From Mobula hypostoma (lineage: Eukaryota): DNA of 64,000 nt. Shown piece after piece: positions 23,742 to 35,479 of this stretch. The notes under the pieces were generated by a model. That model made no database searches, had not been told where the DNA came from, and saw only the letters and a list, made by a program, of their open reading frames with translations. The stretch lies in NCBI RefSeq assembly GCF_963921235.1, contig NC_086097.1, forward strand, positions 236,222,001-236,286,000, read 5' to 3'. The first letter of the stretch is position 1. Each line of letters begins with the position of its first letter. The position numbers and the translations under genes are program-made.

Positions 23742-26700
23742 AACATAGAACATAGAACATGGAAAATCTACAGCACATTACAGGCCCTTCGGCCCACAAT
23801 GTTATGCCGAGCATGTAACCTACTCTTGAAGCTGCCTTGAATTTCCCTACCACATAGCCCTCTATTTTTCTAAATTCCATGTACCTATCTAAGAGTCTCT
23901 TAAAGGACCCTATTGTATCTGCATCTATTACCTTCGCTGGCACCCACCATGCACCCACCACTCTCTACATGAAAAACTTACCTCTGACATCCCCTTTGTA
24001 CCTACTTCCACACGCCTTAAAACAATGCCCCCTCCTGTTAGCCATTTCAGCCCTGGGAAAAAGCCTCTGGCTATCCACATGATCAACGCCTCTCATCAGC
24101 TTGTGCACCTCGATCAGATCACCTCTCATCCTCCGTCACTCCAAGGAGAACAGGCCAAGTTCACTCAACCTATTCTCATAAGCCATGCTCTCCAATCCAG
24201 GCAACGTCCTTGTAAATCTCCTCTGCACTCTCTCTATAGTATCCATTAAGTTCCTGCACTACCTCTTCCGACTCCGTGCACATTTTTTCACCATCGGTCC
24301 TGATTGGTCCTATTCTCACACGGCTCATCCTCCTGCTCTTCACATACTTGTAGAATGCCTTGGGATTTTCCTTAATCCTGCTCGCCAAGGCCTTTTCGCC
24401 AAGGGCTCGCCAAGCTCTACTTATTTTATTCTTGAGCTTCTTTTTTGCACCCTTGTAATTTCCTAGAGCTCTAACAGTGCCTATTTTTAAAAAAAAACTT
24501 TCATAGGCTTTTTCTTTCCTTCTTATCTAGATTTTTTACATCCTTTGTACACCATGGTTCTTTTATCCTACCATCCTTTCACTGCCTCAATAGAATATAC
24601 AGTACCTATGCAGAACACCAAGCAAATGTTTCCTGAACATTTGCCACATTTCTGTCGTGCATTTTCCTGAGAACATCTGCTCCCAGTTTACGCTCCCAAG
24701 TTCCTGCCTAATAGCATCATATTTCCCCAAACTCCATTTAAATGTTTTCCCATATTTTCTGCTCCTGTCCCTCTCCAGCGCTATAGAGTTGTGATCACTA
24801 CCTCCAAAATACTCTCCCACTGAGAGACCTGACACTTGACCAGGTTCACTTCCCAATACCAGATCAAGGACAGCCTCTCCTCTCGTTGGCTTATCTACAT
24901 ATTGTGTCAGGAAACCTTCCTGAAGCTGCCTAACAAACTCCACCCCATCTAAACCCCTTGCTTTAAGGAGATGCCAATCAATATTAGGAAAGTTAAAATC
25001 ACCCATCACAACAACCCAATTATTATTATTGCACCATTCCAGAATCTACCTCCCTATCTCTGTTACTATTGGGGTGTCTATAAAAAATAATCGGTAGAGT
25101 TATTGCCCCCTTCCTGTTTCTGACTTCCATCCACAGAGACTCAGTAGACAATCCCTCCATGACTTCCTCCTTTTCTGCAGCCGTGATACTATCCCTGATT
25201 AGCAGTGCCACTCCCACACCCCTCTTGCCTTCCTCCCTGTCCTTTTTTAAACATCTGAAGCCCGGCACACTCAGCAGCCATTCCTGCCCCTGAGTCGTCC
25301 AAGTCTCTGTAATGGCCACAACATCATAGTTCCACGTATTGATCCATGCTCTAAGTTCATCCACCTTGCTTATGATACTCCTTGCATTAAAATAGACACA
25401 TCTCAAACCATCTGGCTGAGTGCTTCTTTGTTCTATCATCTGCCTGTCCTTCCTCACAAACTCCCTACAAGCTGTCTCTACTTGTGTGCCAACCGCCGCA
25501 TCCTCTGTCTCTTCACATCGGTTCCCACCCTACTGCAGACCTAGTTTAAACCCTCCCCAGTAGCATTAGCAATCCTCTCTCCCAGGATATTGGTTCCTCT
25601 CCAGTTCAGGTGCAACCTGTCCCACTTGTCCAGGTCACTCCTTCCCCAGAAAAGGTTCCAATGATCCAAGAACTTGAAACCTTGCCCCCTGCACTATCAC
25701 CTCAGCCACTCATCCATCAGCGCTATGTTCCGGTTCTGACCTTCACTAGCTCGTGGCACTGGAAGAATCCAGAGATTAACACCTTGGAGGTCGTGTTCTT
25801 CAGCCTCCTCCCAAAACTTACTGCGCAGGACTTCTACCCCTCTCCTGCCTATGTCATTGGTACCAACATCTACCATGAACTCCAGCTGCTCACCCACCTG
25901 TTCAAGAATATTCTGCAACTGCTCAAGACCCTAGCACCCGGGAGGCAACACATTGTCCTGGTGTCTCTTTGGCTGCCACAAAATATCCTATCTGTCCCCC
26001 TAACTATCGAGTCCCTTGTGACTATTGCTCCGCCTGATTTCACCCTTCCCTTCTGAAGCTCAGAACACTCCGCAGTGCTATTGGTCTGGCTGCTGCTGCC
26101 TTGCCCAGATAGGTCATCCCCCACAGTAGTATCCAAAGGGGTATGCCTGTTGCTGAGGGGAATGGTCACAGGGGGATCCTGCATTGACTTCCTTCTTCCT
26201 TTACCTCTCTCGGTGTCACCCATCCACTCCCCGAATTCTGCACTCTAGGTGAAACCACCTGCTCAAAAGTCATATCTAACAATTGCTCTGCCTCCCAGAT
26301 GATCTTAAGTTCATCCAACTCCTGCTCCAGCTCCTTAATGAGGTCTTTCATGAGCTGGAGTTGGCTGCACTTCCCACAGTCATCAGGGAGAACATCAAGT
26401 TCCATAAATTCCCATATCCCACAGGAGGAGTGTTCCACTGCCATATCTGCCATCCTGCCTGCATTGTACAATGGGCAACCAAGGCCAAATCTTCTAACCT
26501 GTGTCTTTGGCCTCAGCCTCCTCCCGTCGAAGCCTCTTGAGTCAAAGCCTGACCCTCCTACTCTCACTGCCGGCCTACTCCCGATAATGGCCGCCCCGAC
26601 AGTGGCCATCACACTTGCCCCTTCTGTATTTTGATTTAATTCTGCTGCCAACGCTGATTAGACGCTCCTACTCTCACCGCTGGCCTACTCCCGACAATGG

Positions 26701-26990
26701 CCGCCCCGACAGTGGCCATCACACTTGCCCCTTCTGTATTTTGATTTAATTCTGCTGCCAACGCTGATTGGACGCTCCTACTCTCACCGCTGGCCTACTC
26801 CCAACAACGGCTGCCAGGCTTGCCCCTTCTGTACTCTTATTTAATCCACAGTGCTCTGCTCCCGATGCTGATTGGTCTCTGGAATGCCCAAATGCCCGTG
26901 AAGCTCTCCATTTATACCAGCTTCGCCAACCTGCGAGTAAACTCTTCAAAGTGCTCTGCTCCTGACGTTGACTGGGCCTCTGGAATGTTA
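23742..26990 (-). mobile_element. CR1 retaining 5' UTR, ORF1 and APE but lacking RT
   Basis: ORF1 CxxC plus coiled coil (CGKCSQLQLMKDLIKELEQELDEL) and SGNH esterase remnant (DSIVRG, VGTND); APE; junction at ~24240 jumps to the C-terminus. Confidence 0.88.
26555..26850. repeat. 110-bp tandem monomers in the CR1 5' UTR (two full, one partial)
   Basis: CTCCTACTCTCAC starts at 26555, 26665 and 26775. Confidence 0.9.
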
Positions 26991-27229
26991 TCATGAATGA
27001 CTTCAGCTTCCTTAATGTTGATTAGCACCTCCTTAGTTCAAGAAATTCAGATGGGACAGAATTTGTTAGGTGTGTCCAGGAATGATTCCAAGGATTTAAA
27101 CTACTTTCATTATCAAAGTATGTATGCAGTATACAACCTTGTGATTCATCTTCCCACAGATAGCCATGAAACAAAGAAAACCAAGATACATGTTCAAAGA
27201 AGAAAAAAATCAATTACTTGAAACAATAT

Positions 27230-28385
27230 GTAGGCAAGCCAATGAGAGGAGAGTCTATACTGGATCTGGGCAAGCCAAAGAACCAGTTTAGGTGATGGAT
27301 CCCTTGGTAGGCAAGCATTTTGGAGACAGTAACCACAGCTCCCTGATCTTTAGCATGGACAAGGGTAGGAGCTGACCGAATGAGAAAGTAATTTAATTGG
27401 GCGGGCGCTAGTTATGATGCCATTGGGCAGGAGCTTGAGAGTATGAACTGGGAACGGCTGTACTCAGTGAAATGCACAATGGAAATGTGCCGATTGTTTC
27501 GGGAGCACTTGCATGAGGCTTTGGAAAAGTTTGTCCTATTGAGATAGGGAAAGGTTGATGGGTTGAAGGAACCATGATTGACAAGAGAGATGGAACATTT
27601 GTTCAAGAGGTTGAAGGAAGCACACTCAAGGTTTAGGAAGCAAAGATCAGATAGGACACTTGGGAGTTATAAGGTAGCCACGAAGAACTTTAAGAAGAGG
27701 TTTCAGAAGGGGATATGAGAAGGCCTTTATAAGTAGTATTAGGAAATAAAGCAAGATATTCAACATGCACATGAAGAACAGAAGGAAAGCTAGAGTGAGA
27801 GTAAGGTTGATTAGGGATATAAGAGGAAACATATACCTGGAGTCGGAGGAAGGAGGGGAAGTCCTTAATGAATGCTTTGCGTTATGGTCTTATGGAAGCT
27901 TTAGAGAGGGTGCCGAGGAGATTTACCAGGATGTCGCCTGAATTAGAAGTCATGTTTTTTATGAGGAAAGATTGAAGAAGCTAGAGTTTTCATCTTTGGA
28001 GCGAGAAGGTTGAGTGACGTGATAGTGGTGTAGAGGCTAATAAAAGGCATTGATAGAAAGAACAGCCAGTGTCTTTTACCAGTGTGAATAGAATAATATG
28101 AGATGACATACTTTGAAAGTGATTTGAGGAAAACTATAGGGGAGGCAATATCAGGGGTGTTTTATTACAAACAGAGTGGTAAGTGCATGGAATGCACTGT
28201 TGTGGGGGTGGTAGAAGCAGATTCATTAGGGACATTTAAAAGACTGTAAAGCTCATGGATGAAAGAAAAGCGAAGAGCTATGTGGAAGGGCAAGGTTAGA
28301 TCGATTTTGGAGTAGGTTAAAAGGTCAGCATAATATTTTTCCTGGAATAGGCTGTACTGTGGTGTACTGTTCCATGCTCCAGGTT
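27230..28385 (+). mobile_element. Old CR1 with RT deleted
   Basis: APE end and tether up to the VLNE-like segment (~27880), then directly the C-terminal ALERV segment and 3' UTR. Confidence 0.7.
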
Positions 28386-28437
28386 CAAGCCACAGCATGG
28401 TGCTCTCACATAATGGTGAGAGAAAAAGCTGGATTAC

Positions 28438-28539
28438 TCCTCCAGAAGGTGTATTTGAAAAATAACTTTAGCAAAGTGATTGTTAGCTTGTTTGTAGTGG
28501 AGTTGTGTAAGAGTTATCCCCACATTAACGACGTTCTCT
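28438..28539 (-). pseudogene. Candidate 102-nt exon
   Basis: Acceptor TTCCTTTACTCTCATTGCCTGCTCAG|; ENVVNVGITLTQLHYKQANNHFAKVIFQIHLLE; donor GA|GTAATC. Confidence 0.4.
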
Positions 28540-28766
28540 CTGAGCAGGCAATGAGAGTAAAGGAATAAATACCAGACAATAATTCATTTTGTTCAATGAC
28601 TGTCACTACCATATACGTCCAGAAAAATTCTCTCCATACATTACTATCTATGGGGTCCCCAGATGTCAGTGTTCAACTAACCAGCCAAAGGGAATGTACA
28701 GACGATGTGGACATCAAGGGAGGGATTGAAAGGTGATGATTGGCAGAGATTCTAGGATGCAAATAC

Positions 28767-28814
28767 CTTCAAAGAATATTGGCCTTTGACATTGGAAACT
28801 GCTCCCTGTATTAG
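28767..28814 (-). pseudogene. Candidate 48-nt exon
   Basis: Acceptor TCATTTTCCTTTCAAG|, donor AAG|GTATTT; open in two frames. Confidence 0.45.
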
Positions 28815-29127
28815 CTTGAAAGGAAAATGATTGCTGTTTTTAATAAGTTGCTCTGAAATCATATCTAACGCAAAAGCAGAAAACTAATTAGATATGAAGA
28901 ACATACAGGAAAGTTTATATCAAAATCAGACAGATTTCAGTCTCCCTCCTCAGCAATTAACTTAACAAAGTAATTAAGCAAGAGACTGCATGTTAGTGAC
29001 CATTATTAATGCTTTTCTCTTGGAATCGTTTCACATTGACCTTTTCAATCCACAGTCTTTGACTACTCACAGTACTCATTTTATGATCGTTAACTTTTTT
29101 ATTCCTTTATATTCGGTGATAAAATAC

Positions 29128-29265
29128 CTTTGAAAGTGTGGTTCAACTTTATGATGAAAACTTTATTTAACAACTTAGATACAGGATCAGGCATTCAAGC
29201 AAGGCAGAATAGATATCCTCTGAATGTTGCAACTGATTTACATAGGTGACGATTTCTTCCATCAT
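29128..29265 (-). pseudogene. Candidate frameshifted exon
   Basis: MMEEIVTYVNQLQHSEDIYSALLE, then in another frame DPVSKLLNKVFIIKLNHTFK; donor AAG|GTATTT. Confidence 0.35.
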
Positions 29266-29299
29266 CTGTAGTTTTCTTTAGGATGAAAAATATCACCTC

Positions 29300-29800
29300 C
29301 TGCCTGAAAAGGGTCTTGAATCCACTCTAATTTACCTACTGGAGCAACTGGTCCACAGCAGATGCCATTTCATTGGCTCTTCACCCAACCCTGTAACATC
29401 TGGACAGCCAATCAGATGATACATCGGGATGCTATTAATCGACTACAGCTCAGCATTCAGTTTCTTCATTCCCTCAAAGCAAATCAATAAGCTCCTAGAT
29501 CTTGGCCTCAATAACTCCTTGTGCAATTGGGTACTCCAATTTCTCACTTGCAGACCCCAGTCAGTTCGAATTAGCAACAACATCTCCTCCACAATGTCCA
29601 TCAGCACAGGTGCACTGCAGCGCTGTGTGCTTAGCACTCTGCTTTACTCACTTCACGGTTATGACTGTGTGGCTAAGCTCCTGTTATGGTTATTATTCTA
29701 TTGATCTATTGAGTATGCCTGCAAGAAATTGAATCTGACGACTGTATATGATAACATATATGTACTTTGATAATAAATTTCCTTTCAATTTTGAACATCT
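29300..29800 (+). mobile_element. Rex1/Babar fragment with internal deletion
   Basis: [21 protein letters not shown] joined to the 3' UTR. Confidence 0.8.
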
Positions 29801-30271
29801 CTTGTCTTTTGTTTAATCTATTACCAATTGCTAGTCACTAAGAGTAATATTTTTATTTATGAATTTATACATTATGTTATTACTATTAATTTTTTGTATT
29901 TGAACAGTTTGTCTTTTTCTTCTCACATTGATTGCTTGAGTGTTGTTTTTCACTTTGTTCTATTGCAAATGCCTGTAAGGAATTGAATCAGGGTAGCATA
30001 TAGCAGACATCCCACCTCTCCCGTGAGATCCGGGAGTCTCCCACATATCGATAGCAGCTCCCTGATACCCGCAAATTATATACAATATCCCGGAAATCTA
30101 TTTTTTTTGTGAGGGAGAGAGAGAGGGAAATTTTTTAAAAAAGGAAAGAAAATGAATGAATCCTGCTTGACCTCTCTTTGTGCTAAGTAGACCTATCAGT
30201 TTTCTCTGTAGGCAGGCTTTACAGTCGACCTCTCTCTCTCCCTTCCATAGTCCAGCAGTTCAGTTACTGCC

Positions 30272-30735
30272 ACATACATCAAAATTGCGAGTGAACGCAG
30301 CAGGCCAGGCAGCATCTCTAGGAAGAGGTGCAGTCGACGTTTCAGGCCGAGACCCTTCGTCAGGACTAACTGAAGGAAGAGTGAGTAAGGGATTTGAAAG
30401 CTGGAGGGGGAGGGGGGAGATGCAAAATGATAGGAGAAGACAGGAGGGGGAGGGATAGAGCCGAGAGCTGGACAGGTGATTGGCAAAAGGGATATGAGAA
30501 GATCATGGGACAGGAGGTCCGGGAAGAAAGATGGGGGGGGGTGACCCAGAGGATGGGCAAGAGGTATATTCAGAGGGACAGAGGGAGAAAAAGAAGAGTG
30601 AGAGAAAGAATGTGTGTATAAAAATGAGTAACAGATGGGGTACGAGGGGGAGGTGGGGCCTAGCGGAAGTTAGAGAAGTCGATGTTCATGCCATCAGGTT
30701 GGAGGCTACCCAGACGGAATATAAGGTGTTGTTCC
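30272..30735 (-). mobile_element. PLE 3' fragment (end of GIY-YIG ORF plus pLTR) inside the hAT
   Basis: EQHLIFRLGSLQPDGMNIDFSNFR C-terminus; TSD TTACTGCC (30264-30271, 30736-30743). Confidence 0.88.
30331..30367 (-). ncRNA. Minimal type I hammerhead ribozyme
   Basis: AGTC-CTGACGA-AGG-GTCTCGG-CCT-GAAA-CG-TC^GACT: stem I AGTC/GACT, intact core. Confidence 0.8.
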
Positions 30736-31366
30736 TTACTGCCGTCTGTAATGACGCTGAAATCATCCGGACAACTGTCATGATGAAGTGCAAAAGCCTG
30801 GCGAAGAAATTCCCAAGGCCGGCAGTGACAACCTGACTACACGAGGCTGTTCTGTACGGGTGGGGCGCGTTGGCGTCTTAAAGGGGATTAGAGCAGGGTT
30901 TAAATTGGAGCGAAATTCCAAAATCATCCGCTAAGACTTCTTTAAAAAGGTGCTTACAGCAAGCAAATTCTTCGTTTTTTTTCCCTGAGACGCTCCCACT
31001 TACAGATACATCAGAGCCCGCGATGGGCTGGGTTTAAGCGCAGCCGCTTTCAGAAGCAAAAACGATTTTAATAAATACCCGGCCCCCACCGAGGTCTCGT
31101 CATCAGGACAGTGAGCTGTTTACCTGTGCTGTGCACTTTATATGCAATTTGAATTACACTTTATTGAATAATATGGTAATATATTGTTTTATGTGGTGTG
31201 CGTGATATATGTATTGTGGCTACACCGTGGTCCAGACAGAGCTTGTTTCGTTTGTGGACAATCAGCCAGATGACAATAAACTTGAACTTGAAGATAAAGA
31301 ACTTCTAAATCACTGATTTAAAATCCTCCATTTCGATTTAAAAAAGTAAGTTCTGATCCCAACTAT

Positions 31367-31370
<4 letters not shown>

Positions 31371-31430
<60 letters not shown>
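31371..31430. repeat. (GT)n(GA)n compound microsatellite
   Basis: Read directly. Confidence 0.98.
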
Positions 31431-31432
<2 letters not shown>

Positions 31433-31580
31433 ATGAGCGTATATGCAATCGGGCGTTGTCCCAATGAACGTTAAGCAGCGCACACCTGTAATAAGGATAC
31501 ACTTTATGCTTTCATTTCTTTTAGGGACCACAACATATCAGGGAGGCTAAGCGCAGGGAAGGCTGCTCAAGTATTTCACA

Positions 31581-31800
31581 ATGTAAACACGAGGAAATCT
31601 GCAGATGCCGGAATTTCAAGCAACACAGATCAAAGTTGCTGGTGAACGCAGCAGGCCGGGCAGCATCTCTAGGAAGAGGTACAGTCGACGTTCCGGACCA
31701 AGACACTTTGCCCGGGTCTCGGCCCGAAATGTCGGCTATACCTCTTCCTAGAGCTGCTGCCTGGCCTGCTGCGTTCACCAGCAACTTTTATGTGTGTTAC
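31581..31800. mobile_element. Palindromic PLE-derived mini-element inside the hAT transposase remnant
   Basis: 15-bp TSD CTCAAGTATTTCACA (31566-31580, 31801-31815); inverted arms, each with only the 3' half of the hammerhead. Confidence 0.9.
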
Positions 31801-32012
31801 CTCAAGTATTTCACAGTTCTTTTCAGCAGAAAAGCAAAGTCTGACAGAGAAGGTCACTAGAGCTGAGGTGTACTTTACATCTTTCATCGTTGAGCATAAC
31901 CTGCCATTCCAGGTGTGTAAGCACACAGGCAAGCTATTCAGGAAAATGTTTCCTGATTCAGAAATAGCAAAAAACTATACCTGCTCATAACCAAGACAGC
32001 AGCTATTGTGAA
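31801..32012 (+). pseudogene. hAT transposase N-terminal remnant
   Basis: VTRAEVYFTSFIVEHNLPF..KLFRKMFPDSEIAKNYTCS, a typical EHN/FPDS.IA hAT segment, ending in a stop/frameshift. Confidence 0.8.
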
Positions 32013-32251
32013 CATGACACATTAAGACAGAATTCAGAAGTCAGCTGTCTCACAAAGCACTTGTAAATCTGATGTCTTGCAAAATTAACAAATTCATTGA
32101 CACAAACTGCCATGAGGTTGAGACCTCCCTGAAATGAGGTTGACACCTCTCTGAAATGAGTTTTTGCAGGATGAGATGTCTGATATAGTGACGGAAATAA
32201 ATTTACTTTGAAGAATTTAATAAATCTTTTGGTAACAAGTGAATCACATAC

Positions 32252-32307
32252 CACACAAACATGGAACAATTTTCCTCTTGTAGTAGGATTCTCCTTCACG
32301 ATGTGCT
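32252..32307 (-). pseudogene. Candidate 56-nt exon
   Basis: Acceptor TTATTTTCAACCTTGTCACTTTAAG|, donor GTG|GTATGT; HIVKENPTTRGKLFHVCV. Confidence 0.5.
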
Positions 32308-32399
32308 CTTAAAGTGACAAGGTTGAAAATAAAATAATCAGATAAGTCAGAATATAAGAAGTGATTCAAGTCAAATCTATCCCTCCTGTTTGTGTACTT

Positions 32400-32527
32400 A
32401 AGGTAAGCAGTGTGCAGCAGTTTGTTCAATCAGGCATTTGAAGTAGGTTATAAATCCTGCAAAGTGTTTCTTCTGCTTCCAGTTTTCTTTTGTTATGCTT
32501 TCTTTCCTGGAGGCAATGTGTGGCTCT
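32400..32527 (-). pseudogene. Candidate exon remnant, dynein heavy chain-like
   Basis: EPHIASRKESITKENWKQKKHFAGFITYFKCLIEQTAAHCL between stops; recalls the RL..FIRL.DY.I segment. Confidence 0.3.
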
Positions 32528-33099
32528 TACAGGTGTTTGATTTTAATGTTGAAGTTTTACAAAAAACAAAATCAACTTTTGTGTCTTTGTAGCTGACAAA
32601 GAGGAGCAGGAGTAGTTATTTGTTCCCTTGAGTCGGTTCTGCTGTTCAGTAAGGTCTGGCTGACCTTTAACCTCAATGTCATTTCTTGCAGTAACCTGTG
32701 TGGCTTGAGGGCTTCGTATTTCTTAATCTGTGACTTGAAATAATCAGCAATGAGCCTCTACAGCTCTCTGTGGTAGAAAATTCAAAAGAGTTATAAACCT
32801 TTGGGCACAGAACTTTTTTTTCATCTCAGAATTTAATAGCCAGTTGCTTGCTTTGAGACAACCTGGCCAGAAGAAGCATCATTCCTTTCTCTATCCTGTC
32901 AAGCCTCAGAGGACTTCCCAAAATTTCAATGAATACTTCTCCAGAATGGAGGCTCAGTTTGTTCAAATCTCTGCTCCAGGGAAAACAACTCTTGTCCTAA
33001 AAATCAACCTGGTGAACATTTATTGAACTTTTTCCTACATACGCAGTAATTCAGCTGCAATCTTATCAAGCTTTTATTCAACTACAGCAATGTGTCTTT

Positions 33100-34495
33100 A
33101 CTTCAAAGTAAATTTATTATGGAAGTATATATATGTTATCATATAGAACCATGAGAATCATTTTCTCACAAGCATTCACAGTAAATCCAAGAAAAACAAT
33201 AGAATCAATGAAAGACTGCACCTAGCAGGATGGACAAACAATCAATGTACAAAGGACAACAAACTGCAAATATGGAAGAGAAAATGAAAATAAACAACAA
33301 CTAGAACATGAGATGAAGAGTCCATGAAAGTGATACCATGGCTCAGTGATGGGGTGAGTGAAGCTGAGTGAAGTTATCTCCTCCGGTTCAAAAGCCTGAT
33401 GGCTGAGGGTTAATAACTGTTTCTGGACTTTGTCGTGTGGGTCTTGAGGCTCCTGTAGCTTTTTCCTAAAGGCAACAGTGAGAAGAGATCAATTCTTGGA
33501 CAGGGAAATCCTTGATCTTTGCTGCAATAATGCTCCATGTGGATGTGCTTAATGGTGAGGAGGGCTTTACCCATGATGGACTGGGCAGTATTCATCACAT
33601 TTTGTTACATTTTCTGTTCTTGGGCATTGGTGTTTGCATACCAGGCTGTGAAGCAACCAGTCAATAAATTCTCTACGACGAATCTATAGAAGTTTGGGCA
33701 AAGTTTTAGATGTCATGCTGAATCTTCACAACTTTCTAAGGAAATAGTTCCCTGTAATTACACTTACGTGCGGGACACAGGACAGATCCTCTGAAATGAT
33801 AACACCATGGAATTTAAATGTGGTGACCCTCGCCAGCTCTCCACCTCAGATACCCTAATGACTGGCTCATGGACCTCCAGTCTCCTCCTGAAATCAATAA
33901 TTAGCACCTTGGTCTTGCTGACATTGCGTGAGAGGTTGTTGTGGCACCACTCAGCCAGATTTTCAATCTCCTTCCTATATACTGATTTGTCACCACCTTT
34001 GATTCAGTCTATGACAGTGCTGCCATCAGAAAACTTGAATATGGATTGGAGCTGTGCTTAGCCTCACAGTCATAGGTAAAATGCAATTAGAGCAGGGAAT
34101 TATACACACAGCCTTGTGGTATACCTGTGCTGAGGGAGATTGTGGAGGAGATGTTGTTGCCAATTCAAACTGAGTGGGGTCTGCAGGTGAGGAAATCGAG
34201 TATCCAACTGCACAAGGAGATATTGAGGGCAAAGTTTTGAAACTTATTGTTTAGTCTTGAGGGGATGGTAGTGTTAAATGTTGAGCTGTAGTCGATAAAG
34301 AGCATTCTGATGTATGCACCTTTGCTGTCCAGATGTTGCAAGGTCGAGTGAAGAGTCAATGAAATGGCATCTGCTAGGGATCCATGGTGCTGGTGGGCAA
34401 ATTGGAGTAGATCCAAATCGCTTCTCAGACAGGAGTTGATATGTTTTCATCATCAACCTCTCAAAGCACTTCATCACAGTGGATGCAAGGGCTAT
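33100..34495 (-). mobile_element. Rex1/Babar LINE, degraded
   Basis: MKCFERL, QFAHQ, YIRMLFIDYSSTFNT; AATAAATTTACTTTGA tail. Confidence 0.85.
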
Positions 34496-34640
34496 TGGAT
34501 GTTATTCTGGTATTCAGATCCTCTTGTAATAAAGGATAACATGCCATCTGTCTTACCAATTGCTTGATGTACCTTCTCAATAACTTCTAGTGATTTGTGT
34601 ACAAGGACTCTGAAATTGCTCTGAACAGCAATAGTTTTCT

Positions 34641-35479
34641 GGAGGAACTCAACAGGCCAAGCAGCATCTATGGATACAAGTACAGTCTCTCCAAACAGTC
34701 CTTCTAGGTGAGGCAACACTTCACCTGTGAGTCTGTTGGACCCCAAAGAGTCCTTCCAGGTGAGGCAACACTTCACCTGTGAGTCTTTGTGGTCATATAC
34801 TGTGTCCAGTGCTCCTGGTGTGGCCTCCTGTATATTGGTGAGACCTAACGTAGATTGGGAGACCGTTTCGCCGAGCACCTGCGGTCCGTCCACCAGAAGA
34901 AGCAGGATCTTCCAGTGGCCACCCATTTTAATTCCACTTCTCATTCTCATTCCAATATGTCAATCCATAGCCTCCTCTACTGTCACGATGAGGAGGAACA
35001 ACACCTGATATTCTGTATGGCAGCCTCCAACCAGATGGCGTGAACATCGATTTCTCAATCATCTGATAATGGCCCCCTTTTCACCATTCCTCATCCCCTT
35101 TTCCTCTCTAACCCTATCTCCTTGCTGGCCCATCACCTCCCTCCAGTGCTCCTCTCCTTTTCTCTTTCTTCCATGGCCTTCTGTTCTCTCCTATCAGACT
35201 CCCCCTTCTCCAGCCCTGTATCTCTCTCACCAATCAACTCCCCAGCTCTTTACTTCATTCCTCCCCCTCCTGGTTTCATCTATCATCTTTGCTCCCCTAC
35301 CTTTTAAATCTACTCGTCATCTTTTTATTCTCCAGTACTGCCAAAGGGTCTCAGCCCAGAACGTTGAGTGTACTTTTTTCCATAGATGCTGCTTTTCCTG
35401 CTGAGTTCCTCCAGCATTTTGTGTGTGTTGCTTGGATTTCCAACATCTGCAGATTTTCTCTTGTTTGTGATTGGACTAG
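34641..35479 (+). mobile_element. 5'-truncated Penelope-like element with inverted pLTR arm, GIY-YIG domain and 3' pLTR
   Basis: FTCES..VIYCVQCSWCGLLYIGET*RRLGDRFAEH..PVATHF; inverted arm 34641-34687; decayed hammerhead at ~35333-35370; probable TSD TAGTTTTCT (34632-34640, 35480-35488). Confidence 0.9.

Larger units (their letters stand above)
30004..32182 (+). mobile_element. Internally deleted hAT-like DNA transposon with 6-bp TSD
   Basis: TIR CAGACATCCCA / TGAGATGTCTG; TSD ATATAG (29998-30003, 32183-32188); transposase remnant; subterminal TGAGGTTGA..TGAAA repeats. Confidence 0.85.

Noticed and set aside
26917..27031. Exon-like frame EVLINIKEAEVIHDNIPEAQSTSGAEHFEEFTRRLAKL with AG/GT ends
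   Set aside because: Overlaps a repeat unit of the CR1 5' UTR (26951 matches 26851), so coding status is doubtful
17174..31800. Palindromic elements as MITEs, pre-miRNAs or CRISPR-like repeats
   Set aside because: Variable 9-15-bp TSDs, unequal arms and identity to the pLTR of GIY-YIG-bearing copies indicate Penelope origin; no repeat-spacer array
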